NCBI GenBank assembly: GCA_002633005.1
Contig: NMRA01000022.1
Location: 300,056 to 364,055 of the forward strand
DNA from: Phoronis australis
Lineage: Eukaryota; Animalia; Phoronida
Length of the DNA: 64,000 bases
Direction: 5' to 3'
A program made the translations under genes and the position numbers. Within the stretch, counting starts at the first letter, position 1. Every line of letters begins with the position of its first letter. Shown here piece by piece: positions 40,105 through 53,480 of the stretch. A model generated the notes under the pieces. It did not search any database, was not told where the DNA came from, and was given only the letters and a program-made list of their open reading frames with translations.

Positions 40105-40510
40105 GTCCCGTCCACACAAAGCCTACCCTAGAACAACTTGCACTGGTGCAACTTACCCCACTTTTAAGTGAAGTGTCCACACGCACACACATACACATCC
40201 AAAGGTAAAGCAGAAGTTGTCCTGTGTGTGACGATGAACGCCTAATGCGAATATATGGTGGCAAAAGAAAACAACTCTGTATGTAACCGTACCTGATAAT
40301 TACTTCTGCCTTGCCCCAAGTTTGCGGCCACACAGGAATTGAAAGTGGCGCAAGTCACCCTGGAAAAGTTTCCCCACCTTGATAAGGTGGAGTAAGTTGT
40401 CACGCGTTGGGTTAGTTGCACAAGATTAAGCAGTGTCCACGCATCCAGCGTCCAAACCTAGCAACAACTCATTCCCGGAGTAACTTGGTCTAGGATTGAC
40501 CTGTGTCTTA
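40105..40510 (+). mobile_element. MITE family D, near-full copy
   Basis: Left end gtcccgtccacacaaagcctaccctagaacaacttg is an imperfect inverted repeat of the right end (aacttggtctaggattgacctgtg) and of 33545-33580. Confidence 0.55.
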
Positions 40511-40554
40511 ACAACAATTTAGATGTGAACAAATGTTTGATACTTTGTGGTCAG

Positions 40555-40802
40555 GGTCCTATTTGAAGAAACTGACTTAAGTACATTTTTGACTTAAGTC
40601 TAAGATTTGTCTTAACTTCCAAACTTTGAAACTTCCACGTGTGGAAAGTTTGTCAAAATTAAGGCAAAATGTAGGTCATGCACTTAAGTCAAACTTAGGA
40701 TCTCTTTCTTGAATTGTTTTTCAGACAAATCTAACTTTTATTTGTAAATTTACTAAAATTTAAGATTTATCTTAGCTAAATCAGTTTTGCTGGAACGGGT
40801 CC
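40555..40802 (+). mobile_element. PIF/Harbinger-like MITE, family A, copy 2
   Basis: Aligns end to end with 1187-1430. Flanked by CAG (40552-40554) and CTG (40803-40805). Confidence 0.8.
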
Positions 40803-42776
40803 CTGGTCCATATGTGACTGATGGTTTGTGAATCAATGTACAAGTAATGCCACCTAACAACAAAGATGGAATAAAGCCAACTCTTTATCAGGTGTTTACA
40901 AAACTTGATCTTAAAGTTCAAACTGTGCAGTGCATTGTGGTATTGCTGATGCACCTCATATGGTGATTGACGGTTGATATATTAATTTTCATTGGATGTA
41001 AAGTATATTATTTTACATTTAATAAACTGTTTTTCTCCTGTTTTGTGTCTTCATGGTCATTGTCGTGGTAACGACTTGCTGCGGTTATGACGGTCTATCC
41101 GAATTGATTGTTACGATGTTCTTCGATAAAAGAGGCAAATAACTATCCTGTTGGTCATGGCTGGAGTATTAGGTTACGTGAGACTATTTTTCATGGGATA
41201 CTGAGTATTTCAAAAAGTTGTTGTCAAGCAGAAAATCTTGAACTCCATGGCATTGCTGTGTGAATGAAGGTGAGGAAGAGGGAAGTTTTCGTTGGTTCAT
41301 GCGAGTTCCTACCATGATGTCTGTGACCATCGGAGTGTGCTGAGCTAGAAACAAATTGATAAAAGCTTGTCAACATTTGATGGAATACTTGATATTTATC
41401 ATCAGGCTCAATTGTGACCTCATCAGGCTGACAGCCCGCACAAAAACTGTCTGCGGAAAACATGGGGGTAACATGCACTGCTTGTGATAACCCAGTCATG
41501 CTTTTTTTCACCAGAAGTTTTAGCTCATTGTGAAGAAAGCACTCACTTAGTGACACCACCAGTTAGAAATAAACATGGCTGATAATTCTGCCAGATAGTG
41601 GTTGCATCTTGTGGTATTTTGTTTTGATGAGCATTGGACAAGCTCCAGATTTGTTGAAAGGTACTGGTTTTTACGGAATTTTCAATAGTTAACTATAAGA
41701 AGCTTATAGTCTTATTTACAACAACATTATTTCCTGTTTAGCTGGCTAAAAAACAAACATCAAACCAAGCCTTTTAATCTCGTAAAATCGGTTTCATAAT
41801 ATTCCTTATCATGATAAGATAAGTTTCCAATACTGTGCCATTTCAAATTAAAAATTTTAGGGTTAATCATTTTCTTGATTTGCTGATGGTTTCAGTCTTA
41901 GCCAACTCCAGTAAAGTTTAAAGCGTTATCTTAAGACATTGATGGTTTTGATGTTCGTTTTCGTAATAGAAATAGAATCCTAACGAGGGATAAGGAATAT
42001 TATGAGGTTGATTTTATGAAATTAAAAGGCCTTATTCAAATTTCACTTTTCAGCCAGCTAAATAGCAAAATGTAGCTGTCTAAAAGTGATTTCAAAAAGA
42101 TTCAGGAGTCTTCACTTGTTTGTTTGGAAATGTTGGTCGTTGAACCCTGTGGACTTTAAAGTTCAACTGCAGTACTTCTTATGGTGTTGCAGTTGAAGCT
42201 GCTTGGACAGATCTTAGCCCATGTCGATGGGGTTGTAACTTACCTCTGTGTTCAAAATTACATACTCCTTTTAATTAAATAAACAATGACATTCACTATT
42301 TAAGCACAATTTAAGCCCGGTTAATTGTTTTGGTTTGTCCTTACTGATGTGTGGGCTGATTACAGTTAAAATTTCACTTTTTATGACCTTTTTTTCTTAA
42401 TGTCTTATGTTTACTGAAGTGCTCATTGACCCTTATCACATGCAGTATGTGCTAAACAACTCTGTTGCTTCCTTATTTTGTTATGAAAATTAAGTGACTT
42501 CTGAAAGTTTTTCAGGCTAACAGGTTACTGAGGGCAATATTCATCTCCTTCAGTCCCTTGCACAAAATGTGTGTCAATTAAATTTATGTACAGTAAAATC
42601 TCAACAAAATTTCAGACAAAAAGAATTAACAAGATGCCATCTCTCATTTTTCAAGGGCTTTTTACATTGTTGCAAATGCCCACAATTTTGCAAATCATTT
42701 TCAGATGGTAGCTATGGAAACAGAATTTGAACATGAGAAAGCATTAATTTTGCATTGACTGCGTATTTTTCGTGGG

Positions 42777-42831
42777 AAAATGAGAGTGTGAAATTACACC
42801 TGCCAACCGTATAATTTCACACTCTCATTTT
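42777..42831. repeat. Perfect 20-bp inverted repeat (hairpin, 15-nt spacer)
   Basis: aaaatgagagtgtgaaatta-cacctgccaaccgta-taatttcacactctcatttt. Confidence 0.9.
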
Positions 42832-44149
42832 TTTATGATATTCTTCCTTGTCCACTTTTTTCCAACATGTCCAACGGTAGTGTCCGATTTGCATACTTGC
42901 AAATTGTAGCTTTTTGGTAGAACTGTCCTGCTTTTTGATGCTTTGTTCCACATCCTACTACTTGGTATTTGACCCTCACATTTACACACTGACTGCTGTT
43001 CTGTTAATGCCTTGATGCATATTTTTGTGCTTTTCCTAAATACTCCAATATATACAAACGCTGTCGGCATGATGTTTCTGGGTGTTACTGCAGGTATTTT
43101 TAAAATATGCAGTGTATCCTTGATCCGGAAATATGTCTCAAAACCGAATACATTCTCTAAATTTCATATTGGGACTGGCTTTGAAAGAATTACTTCCAGT
43201 AATCTAGGAAAGAGTTGTGCAAATGGACTAAACATAAATATTTAAGTGCATCTGCACTCAACAGACATTTTAGGTGGGTCAACCTGGCGGCTTCAACTGT
43301 TTCAACTCAAGGGATGCAATCTCTTTCTTGTACAAACTTATTCCAACATTTCTGTTGGCCATGAACTTTACCATCAAAATTTATGTGGACCATGAATTTA
43401 ACTTCAACCATCAACCTTGAAAGCTGTAGCATTGTTTTTATTTCAAATGACAGTGTTTTGCTAGGCTTAATTTAGCCATCTTTCCTGGAATATCATGCGA
43501 TGTTATAACGTTGTTATAAAATAATATGTCTATCTCATTTGAGGTGTTCCCAACCTTGTCTTTGATCAGTTCTTGTATATAGTTCTCTTTGTTGTTTCAG
43601 ATTGACAGTTTAAATTAAAGTGCACATCAGGGTGAACATGTGGGGAGTATAAAGACACGCCCCCTGCAGCCTTGATTGACAGTAGGTGACAGTTTTGTAA
43701 TTCATTGGGTCTCCGAACTGGAGTAAGAGCACTATTAAATTTGAATATAGAGTGGGCAAGATAAACTCAATGAGGTTTTGAACTGCCTAGTTGTCATATC
43801 TTTTGCACATCAATGCTTTCATTTAGCAGTTAAGAAGATTAAGGACTATAAATCCCTGAGGTAATGGCAGTTGAATTAAGAAATTATATTACTGATATTG
43901 TTATTATCAATATTATATTATTACTTATTTGCATAATACTAACCATTTATCAACTTTAATCACACACAAACGTGATTGCAGTAGCAGTGTATGTAATAAG
44001 TACCTCTCTCTTTTCTCTCTCAGTCGTTGACTTCAAGATGTCTAATGTCTAGTGTGTCCTATGATTCTGTCTGCTCTGACGATGGTTTCAGTTCTAATCG
44101 AAACATTTATGTTAATATATTTCTTAACTAGTGGTACTAGTTATAGGGG

Positions 44150-44620
44150 TACTACTACTATTGTTACTACTACTAGCACTACTGATACTTGTACTACTAC
44201 GGCTACTACTACCACTACCACTACCACTATTACTGCTACTACTACTACTAGTACTACTACTATTACCACTACTACTACTATAACTACTACTATCAATACT
44301 ACTTCTACTACTTCTAGTAGTACTGTACTACTACTACTACTACTACAACTACCACTACCACTATTACTGCTACTAGTACTACTACTAGTACTACTACTAT
44401 TACCACTACTACTATTATAACTACTACTACTATCACTACTACTTCTAGTAGTACTGTACTACTACTACTACAACTACCACCACCACCACCACCACCACCA
44501 CCACCACTACCACTATTACTGCTACTACTACTACTTCTACTACTACTACTACCGCTACCTATACTACTCTTACTACTGTCACCACGACTGCTACTGTTAC
44601 TGTTACAACTATTACTATCA
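44150..44620. repeat. Degenerate (ACT/ACC)n trinucleotide microsatellite with an internal block duplication
   Basis: Visible act/acc runs. The block ending ...acttctagtagtactgtactactact occurs twice (~44207-44345 and ~44348-44470). Source of the poly-T/L/V/S/G ORFs. Confidence 0.9.
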
Positions 44621-45535
44621 TTAGTCTTTCTGTTGACACTGCTTCCTTTGCTTGTGCTACTGAGTAATACTGATAAACAATAGGCATTAAATCTTAATGT
44701 CTGTATCAACTGGTAATAGTTTGTAAAATAGTTGCCTTAGCACACTCAAAAGGCTCAAATTTTGATGCCAATTTCACTTCTATTGACAGAGAGCGGGAAG
44801 GTATGAATAAAAGAAAGGCAGGCACCTGCTAAGTGCAATATGGGCAAATGGGATGATATCAGATACCTGCGACAGCCTCCCCACAATGTTATTTTAGTGT
44901 TTCGTGAATAGGAACATAAATTGCGATTATGCGACTTGATGGCTGTTCTGAAACTTTAATCAATGAACAAACATCAATCAGAGTTAAACGTTTTGATTAA
45001 TTTTCAGTTAAAAGTAGCTCAATTTCTCCAAGGTTGTGTTGCTACTTCCTGATATTTGTAGCCATACTTGTGCGCCAAGAAATACAGTTCCATCTTCATC
45101 CTTCTGGGCAAAGCAGGAGTTGCGGCAACTAGAAATATTCATATAGTAATACTGGTGTTGGTAATGTTAGTGAAAGTCGAGGTGGTTATATGTCTGCTAA
45201 AAATTCTTCAGTTTGTGACACTAAATGGCAGACGTGAAATTTCGTTTTGTCAAATTATTCAACAAAAAGGACTTTTCAGGAAAGTTTTCTTTGCCTTTAG
45301 CACGATTTATGTTGTGTAGCTATGAGCAAACAACATTTGGTAAAATTTGAGCAATTGCAATAATGTGGTTAGAAATACAGTGGCAGTTTCAACAATTATA
45401 TTTGTTTAAAATTGAAGAACGTTTACCGCACTCTAATTTTAATGTTAGTGTCGAGTGGAATGAAGATTTCAAAAACTGTTTCGAATGTTATTAATGTGTT
45501 CTTTTTGTCAGTTGCAGGCAAGCTGGCGTCAGAGT

Positions 45536-45730
45536 ATGGCCCTGGATGAGTCTCACCTCGGCTACGCCGGCTCGGCAAGCGGGAAAATGAATATGGCAAA
45601 CATGGCAGCACAGAAAGTGCCGTCACAGCAACAGCAGCAGCAGCAACAACAACGGACAGCCTCGTGTAAAGTGTGCGGCGACGAGGCTAGCGGGTTTCAC
45701 TATGGTGTGGACTCGTGCGAAGGCTGCAAG
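45536..45730 (+). CDS. Nuclear receptor subfamily 1 (ROR/Rev-erb/E75/E78-like), coding exon 1: A/B region, poly-Q, zinc finger 1
   Basis: MALDESHLG...Q9[26 protein letters not shown]. Acceptor(s) at AG 45510-45511 or 45516-45517, ATG in good context (agtATGg), phase-0 donor gtaaca at 45731 after CEGCK (usual NR1 intron position). The true start could lie in an upstream exon because the frame is open back to the acceptor. Confidence 0.93.
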
Positions 45731-47204
45731 GTAACACGGTCATATTTGGGTGTTGGCCTGGGTGGTGTTGTCATTTTATGTCAATAAGTCACAATGATGC
45801 AAAACATGGATTTTGATTTCTTGAAGCCCCTGTTTGGCATATTTGTATCTAGCATTTTGGAATATCCAGCTCAGAAGTTAGTGGAAATAAGCGTATTGGC
45901 GGATACTAAGATTGGTTGTTTCTTATGACATCAGCAAATCAGTGTGCAAAGTTAGCGTGCATTTATAACAACGTGTATGATTCGTTAGGTGCAATCATGC
46001 ACGCCTACTTTTCTTGAAACATGGCGGAAGTTTGATGTGTGTTGTATTGGCAAACATCAACAGTGTAGAGAGGCTAGAGGCTTGGACATTATATTCATTA
46101 TATTTTATTAGATCACAATTATAAATGCTGCAGTCTCGTTGGTGTAACAAGTCAAGTAAGTTAATATCTGTTGAACACGATCGGTTGTGCCTAAAGGGAG
46201 CCCGGTTATGGTGATAAATTTGAAATCCGGTTGGAGGTGAGCACTTCTTCGGGGGAATACGGTAGAAAAAAACGGTGAATTCTATAGTCTGAAATTGGGA
46301 TCTTGTTTTCATGAGGACACAGCTTCTGAAATGACACACTGCCTCAGGGCAAAGTACATTTTGACGGCAGTGAAACCATATATTTAAATTCCTACTTGAC
46401 CTCATTAATTTATGTGATCTGTCAATTGTAACGGTCAAGTATCTTTGATGATGTATTCAGTCTTATTGTGTAGGGTTCAATCTGACGAAATTCAGACCAA
46501 TAATGATAGTCACTTTTCAAGGCCTCTTAACATTGCTGATAATGTCCTCGTGTTTTAAAAAATTGTCTGGTGAAAGCTATGGTGCAGAACTTTAAGGTGA
46601 AAAAGCGTTGATTCGGTGTTACATGTTGTGTTCTGAAATGGGGAGATTTTTACTTTTAACTGACACAAATGGTAGTTGGACTTGTCTGTGCCAAATTGTC
46701 GTTTAAAAACTGGACTACATCTTGTTCTGGAGTCAATGAATTAGAGATGTAATCTGTCATACTTAACTTCCAACCTCAATTTATGTGATTGAGACATCCC
46801 TTAGCTTAAGGCCTACCCCCCAATTTTAATTTCCCCAAATTAAGCACTCTGGACAAGATCAGTGATGTTCAGTGTTGCATCTATAATAAACTGTTTTGTA
46901 CGTTTACACTTTTCACTGTAGTAATTAAAACTTTTCCAGCATGGCAGGCTATGGTGAAACCTCATTCTGGGACTTGATTCTGCATATACGGGGTGTAATA
47001 TAAATGAATTATCTCTGTTTTTTCTGAGAGATACGTAGCGGCAAGTTAATTCTTTAACATGTTCCATCTTTGTGCTGCAGTTACCAGCTCACAGTATTTT
47101 GGAAACTTTTGCAATTCACAGTAATGCTCGCATACCTGGTAAAGTGCTAATTTTGGTGATGATTTTTGTCTGAAATTAGTCGAATTTGCTGCATCTGCTT
47201 GCAG

Positions 47205-47457
47205 GAGTTTGTTTCACGAAAAGTAACTGAAGACATAAATCAGAAATTTGGTCTTGCACTCTACAAAACTATTTGACCAAAAAGTGTAAAGTATCTGAGG
47301 ATATACACGTAGTTGTCGAGATAATTTCTATACATTATCTCGAGACCGTGGTGCGCTCATAATTACTTGGCTAAACTTTTTTCAGCGATTGTTAACTGAG
47401 AGCGTAAGACCACATTTCTGTCTTAAATCTCGACTCGCTTTTCATGAAACGGACCCC
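47205..47457. mobile_element. PIF/Harbinger-like MITE, family F
   Basis: ~55-bp imperfect TIRs gagtttgtttcacgaaaag...cagaaatttggtcttgcactc / gagcgtaagaccacatttctg...ttttcatgaaacggacccc, flanked by CAG (47202-47204) and CTG (47458-47460). Confidence 0.65.
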
Positions 47458-49011
47458 CTGCTAATTTAGCTTTTACCACCTCCAGTTTATCATCGATCTT
47501 CTTTGTATGGCATACTGACAAAGTGTCCACATTTTTTTAGTGTTAGACCTGTCACATGTGCTACATAGCAGTTTAAACAACTTGTAGTCATTCATTGCCT
47601 CCATCTCCTTCCCACTATTGTAGAGGGTAAACAAGTTAGCACCTCAAGTATGCAACGTTTTAAAGGTCATTCTATCTACACCACCGACAACACCATCGTT
47701 AAACTTCTCTGTGACAAGTGGGAAGTCACCCGAGTTTAAGCGTAGTCTAACAAGTGCCATGCTTGGCAATCCAATAAAAATTCTTGCTCGAGACAAAATA
47801 AACAGCCTCTAGTGTAAATAGTTATTGATAAAGCCGACTTATTCTCTACGCCCAACTGCCGATTGTTGAGATATTGTTAGCCGATTGGGAGCCAAGTTGA
47901 TGCTCAAGATAAGGATTGATGTGCACTTTTTTATTGTGGCCTGGCTTTATTACCAACAATATCGCTGGATTATTCATGAGAATCGCCAGTCAGACGGTGT
48001 TATCAACTTGGTTGTAAGCAGTGTCGCTTAGCCCAGTCAATTCATTAGCTAACAGGGTGCTCAAAAATCTAAGCCAGCTGCCGAAATCGATTAATTTCAA
48101 GTCTACAACAGCAGTGTTGTGAAATGCAGAATCGTTGGGAATTAGCTTTCCAAGTTTATTTAAAATTCAAGATTACATCTCTACAAGACTAATACATCGT
48201 TCACGCGCATGCAGATTACACGTGTCATTTGCCATCTGAAAAAATTCAGGTGTGAACACTCGCCAGACATCTGATCTTCCTCCTTTCCACGAGAAGGTTG
48301 CATTCCAATGACATGGTTGGTGCTTTGGCTCTGCAGGCGCATAATGATCGTTCGTGATTGGTCAGATCATTAGCACTTAGGACATTGATATAAGACGGCC
48401 AATAGGATGCCTTTATGGGTGTTCCTCATAAGCGCCGTACTGACCTTCTGATCAGACATTCTATCCACCTTCTTAAAATAAATTGCGTGTTTCACCTGGG
48501 TTTAAGTGAATGTAGGTAGTGTGAATATTTCAGCTTTCTTCTTTCAAAATGCCAAAACCAGTGCTTGTGTGTTACAGAAAACCCTGGTATAATATGCTGG
48601 ATATATTTTGCTCATCAACGTTCCATGCTTGGCAACAGTTCTGCATCATCTGTTGTGGACTGTTTTAAAACTATCCTGACGTTGACCTCCAGACCAAGAT
48701 GAGCCAAACACACTCGGTGGTAATCACATGGTCAGGCTAACAATAGATACAAAGACCATCAACTTATGAGATTTCCATAAACGTCCATTTAGAACAAGCG
48801 AGGTCGAGTCCAAGCAATAAAACTGAGTGGAGACTGACCATGCATTGTACAGTCTGAGCTATGAGATCTCTGTCCATTGTTACTCATCCCCATCATAATG
48901 TTAAGACAGGCTTGTACCCTCTTAGAACCAGTATGACATGACCCTTTGGCTGTCTGTCAAAGAAATCGTTGCCGTGCGTCACCAGCCCTTATTCGTTCGT
49001 GTATATTACAG

Positions 49012-49153
49012 GGTTTCTTTCGTCGCTGCATCACACAGGGTATGAACCACAGGTGTTCTAACGACGAAAAGTGCGAGATCACGCCTTTCAGTCGTAATAG
49101 TTGTCAGTATTGCAGGCTAAAAAAGTGCTTCGCCGTCGGCATGTCTCGTGAAG
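49012..49153 (+). CDS. Nuclear receptor coding exon 2: zinc finger 2
   Basis: tacag|GFFRRCITQGMNHRCSNDEKCEITPFSRNSCQYCRLKKCFAVGMSRE-G|gtaag; phase 0 to 1, 142 nt. Confidence 0.96.
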
Positions 49154-52100
49154 GTAAGCTATCTGTACTCTCGATTTTCATCCGAGTTTTGTGCACTCTT
49201 CTTTTTGTGTTCTACGAATGATATTTTACTACTATTTTCTCTCATGTATTGAGGGCAATCCTATAACAAATGACGTTGTAGCTTGAAGTTATTAATGACC
49301 ATGGCAACAGCTCTGTGCAGTCAGCCACATATCTTACAAAACCCGAAAATTTACTATCTCGAAAAATTCATATTTTCTGAAAGCTGAAAAGCCTGTTGAA
49401 CATTTTTATTAGTAAATTTTAGAGAAAAAAACAAAAGGTACAATCGTAACAAAACATTTGTATCAACCAAATTTCATTTGATATAAATATTCAAGATCAA
49501 AATGCGGGTTTCAAAAATAAGTTTTTTGATTGACAGTGACAGATTTGCGCATCAGATTACTACCTGCATAATCATTGTCTTGTCTCACTCACGTGCACAT
49601 ACTTTGTGCAGATGTATAAGATGTATAAGTTGAGTAATATAATTGGTAAATCATTATAGTGAATTAGGCTTTTGTGCAAAGTCAGTGCAGTGTTTTCTTT
49701 TATTGTTGGAACAAAACAGTAGACAGATGCCTACATGATCATGTGGGTGGGGTGTGAACGTGGGAATTGATAATAACCTCATCTCGTGCATGTTAGGAGT
49801 GCCATCAGCGTTAGCTGTCATTATGATGAACAGACTCTGAGAACTGTTTTTAAACCTTGCCATTTTCAGCGTTATCTTTATCCGTGTGAATGACTTGCAT
49901 ACGCGTACGCATACGCTGGCAACTGGGCTGATTTGTGTTGTTTACTCATGAGAGCCCAAAGTATCACATTTGGACGTCACCCACGTAGCAGTGCATAGTA
50001 GGGCGGACAAGTAAACATTTATTTCGACAAGATCTTTTTATAGAACAATAGATATTAAGAAAAAAATAATATCTTAATTATCTTTGCATCTACTGCATTC
50101 AGGTCACAAAGCTTCATTTAGCAAAGCTTCCATTATTTACAGCAAATTATTCAGCCTTTAAAAAAATAATTACAGAGAAATGCAATGTCTGCAACTGTGT
50201 GGCAAAATAAGGAAACAGTAATAGTTGGTAATTATATTTATTTTTATACTATTTGGATTATTCCAGTGTCAACGCACTTGGTGACGTTGTCCAGTATGGT
50301 AGTACTGAACACTCTGAAGCCTCAGATACTGAAATTCAAGTTTAATTGAATTTTGCCTACTCTCATCGTCCAGTGTATGGAAGACCATTTACTGCTATTT
50401 TTTGCTCAATGAAAACAATGTTTGTGAAATTTATCATCATTGCAAAGAGTGTTACGAGCTGTTAACACATAAACAACCAATTAAATTGCCGTTTGATCTC
50501 TACCAGTGGAGTATAAAATCCATTTTTCATTCAGTGGTGGCGGCCCAATATGTTGCAGTGGGTTTGGCACGAACATGTACTATTGGAAATCCATGACCCT
50601 TGCTCAGTTTTACTGCGGCCTTCAGCGAGAAGCTGACAATCGGCAGTAGCCAGCATTTCTCAAAGACCTGTTTAAGGTTATGGAGGACGTTATCGGCTAG
50701 TTTGTGCATTCAGCAAAATATCTATACCTTTGTCAAAGTAGAAATGCAGAAGAATTTAATGTTCCAGTTTATTAGTTGGTGAGGTGATTGTGTGTTTGTA
50801 GTGAAATTTAGCAAGAAAATAAAGGTACGTTGATACTAAAGCTATGGTATCAATTACGTCAAATTTTAGTGAGATGTCAAAAACGCTGTTATCGTTTTCT
50901 AAGATGCCATTCCATTTTATGCAACTTCGTGTATTTTTAATAAAAATCATCAAGATCCCATTTTTGATAGCCCCTCGTGCAAAAATGGAATATAGAAATA
51001 CAATTCCTGACAGCGTTTTGGAGAACTGCGTAATGCATAGTGACCGAAAGTTTCACGTGAATCTGAGCAGCCATTTGAGATATGTTGTACTGAAATTACC
51101 CAAATTTGGCCATGATTTTTATAGGGTCCCACATAACTTAAATGGTGTATTCTCAACATGTAGCATTCTAAGGAATGTAGATAGAATGAGGTTTTACAAA
51201 TTTAGGACATCATACGGCTGAGAAGAAGTGAAATTTCTTTCTCATTTTTCACAGGTCATAAACAATCATTAATGATCTTTCACTTTGTAAGCCATGCGTG
51301 TAGGTATGACACCGTTTAGGTACACTGTTATTCATAGCGGAATATTTTACTTTCTATGAGGTTATTGTGTTAGGTGGTTGTGTTCTTATATATGGATTTG
51401 ACATCAATATCGTTAGCTCAACTTAGATCTCCATACAATGAATAGTACTGTAAAGGTGTAAATCATAAATCATGCCTGTTTCCTGTCGTTCTTAGCACTT
51501 TAGCTGCTATGTCTACCCAAATAGTACATTGCATTAGTTAGCGAAAAAAATTAACGTTGTCGACCCTCAAGGTTTTTCTCTCGCTATTTGCAAAGCAGTT
51601 TTTGTTCAATTGCCAATATGCCCTGTGCTGCGTCACTAACTATTGTTCATGTCCACTCCGCAGTAGTAACGACGACTCCAATTTCTGATGTGATTCGCCA
51701 TTTAATCATGCGTCAATGCAAATCAACTAAAACCGATGTACGCCCAAAGGTGTTTTTGATCGTTTCCGTGACACTGCCGACTTGAAATGCTGGGAGCAGT
51801 TTTGTTCAGTTGGCTTTCTTCTCCTGCAGCCAATTGTTGCTGTATATTGATTGCCCTTTGTTGTTAACATGTTTACAGCTCACCGACTTGCATGGTGAAG
51901 TATGTATGATGACAGACACCATATTGCCAGGCTATTGTACGCTTTCATTCACTGGACTTAAACTCAACACAAGGCTCCATTGGCAAATGCTTTCATGGTC
52001 TTTAGCTTGCTTATACCCTGAGGTGCTCGCTGTTATTACACCATGGCTAGTGTTGTTTTAGCAAGGTGTTTTGCATTCTGAAGCCTCCTGATTTGTTACA

Positions 52101-53480
52101 GTGGAGTTCAGAGTAGCCTCTTGCCCTGCCATCTTTTGTCTAAGTAGCAGACTAATCGTCAGAAAGTAAATTTTTACTAATCTGTGTAAGTCAGTCTTAC
52201 ATTTTGTGGAAGGAAATGTTGGGAGCAATTGGCTGAAACAAAGAAAAAATTCTTCGACTCAAGTGCATTGAGAAACAATAGACCTTTGAACCAGAAGACA
52301 GAACATTTCTGACGGGGATTTCCAATTAGTGGCCTGCAGGCTTTTTCGCAAAACACCAATTTCTTTAAGTTGTATTTTGTTCCCGAATTTTGGAAACTTG
52401 ATTTTGTTATTCTGTTGTTGTAACCTAAATATCTCTGAAATGACCTGGAACACCTTGGTGATAGAACACTGGTAGTTAATTACGAGGTTGCACTCATTGG
52501 GGAGAGTACATGCTAGTTGATTACCAAGTTGCAAGTATCTTAAGTTTGTTAATTTTGTGCCAACGCGTAGGATTTCAGTTGAAAGTATTATTTTGATTTT
52601 ATTTTGATACAGCAGTTTGAAGTTACCACCATTGTAGAAGAGACAGACAGCTGTGTGTTAGGCAAACTCTAGAAATATAATCATATGATATTTATTATCG
52701 TTTCAGTATTGCTGTGAAACTTTATGCCTGTATAGAGATAGCTGGCCAAGTGCTAGCTGAGGGCGGTAGAATGCTTTCACAATTTTTTGTGAGGCGGGAC
52801 TGTTTTTTTCGTGGGATTTGATTTTGTGTGTTGTTTTCGGTTGCCTATAATTAAGTCTCATTTCTCAATGTAAATTTGCCTACTTATGCCAAAAATTCAT
52901 TTTCGAAAAAGTTTCCACGAACACTTTATGGTGATGGACGCTTTATCGGGATTCCCCAGTACATGTTTGCTTGAACTGGGTGAAGAATTCAGCAGCAGGG
53001 AGGTCTTGGTCAAGATTACTTCTCAGTTTGGGGCAGTCATGGCTGGATGGAGAAGCTATGCCACGCTTAGCTGGATCTGTGTGTTAATGTACCACATTGT
53101 ACTGGGCAACTAGGAATTTTGGTTATATTTCAGTATGTCATGGTTAGTTTATACTTGTCAAAATAACAGCTGTTTTCCGCCTTGGTTTCCAGTGCCTGAT
53201 TGAAAGTAAGTCAACCTTAGCAAAATTGGTCACCTGGATTAGGGACTGTAGTCCAGGGAAACTTGAATCCCGGTAGTATATTACGCTCTAGAGTATATGT
53301 ATTTGTTCACTCCACTGCATCGCATGGTAAGTTAAATGTCTCGTCTGTATGTTTTGTCATGGCAATAAGTTGTTGAATTTTAACTTACATTGTTTAAAGT
53401 GGCATTCTGTCATGCTCTGCAAAACCATTATGGTATATGTACTCACTCTTCTCTAGCATTATGTGTGGAATTGTTTTTAA

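Noticed and set aside
44001-44060. Strong acceptor-like ctctctcttttctctctcag at 44023
   Set aside because: No convincing donor downstream; the CT run may be simple repeat
44052-44709. Mucin-like poly-Thr and poly-Ser/Gly/Val ORFs
   Set aside because: Translation of an (ACT/ACC)n microsatellite
1-45500. Search for a second gene, transposase/RT ORF, tRNA, rRNA or snoRNA
   Set aside because: None recognisable; ORFs are short and lack domain motifs. Small exons or ncRNAs could be missed without tools.
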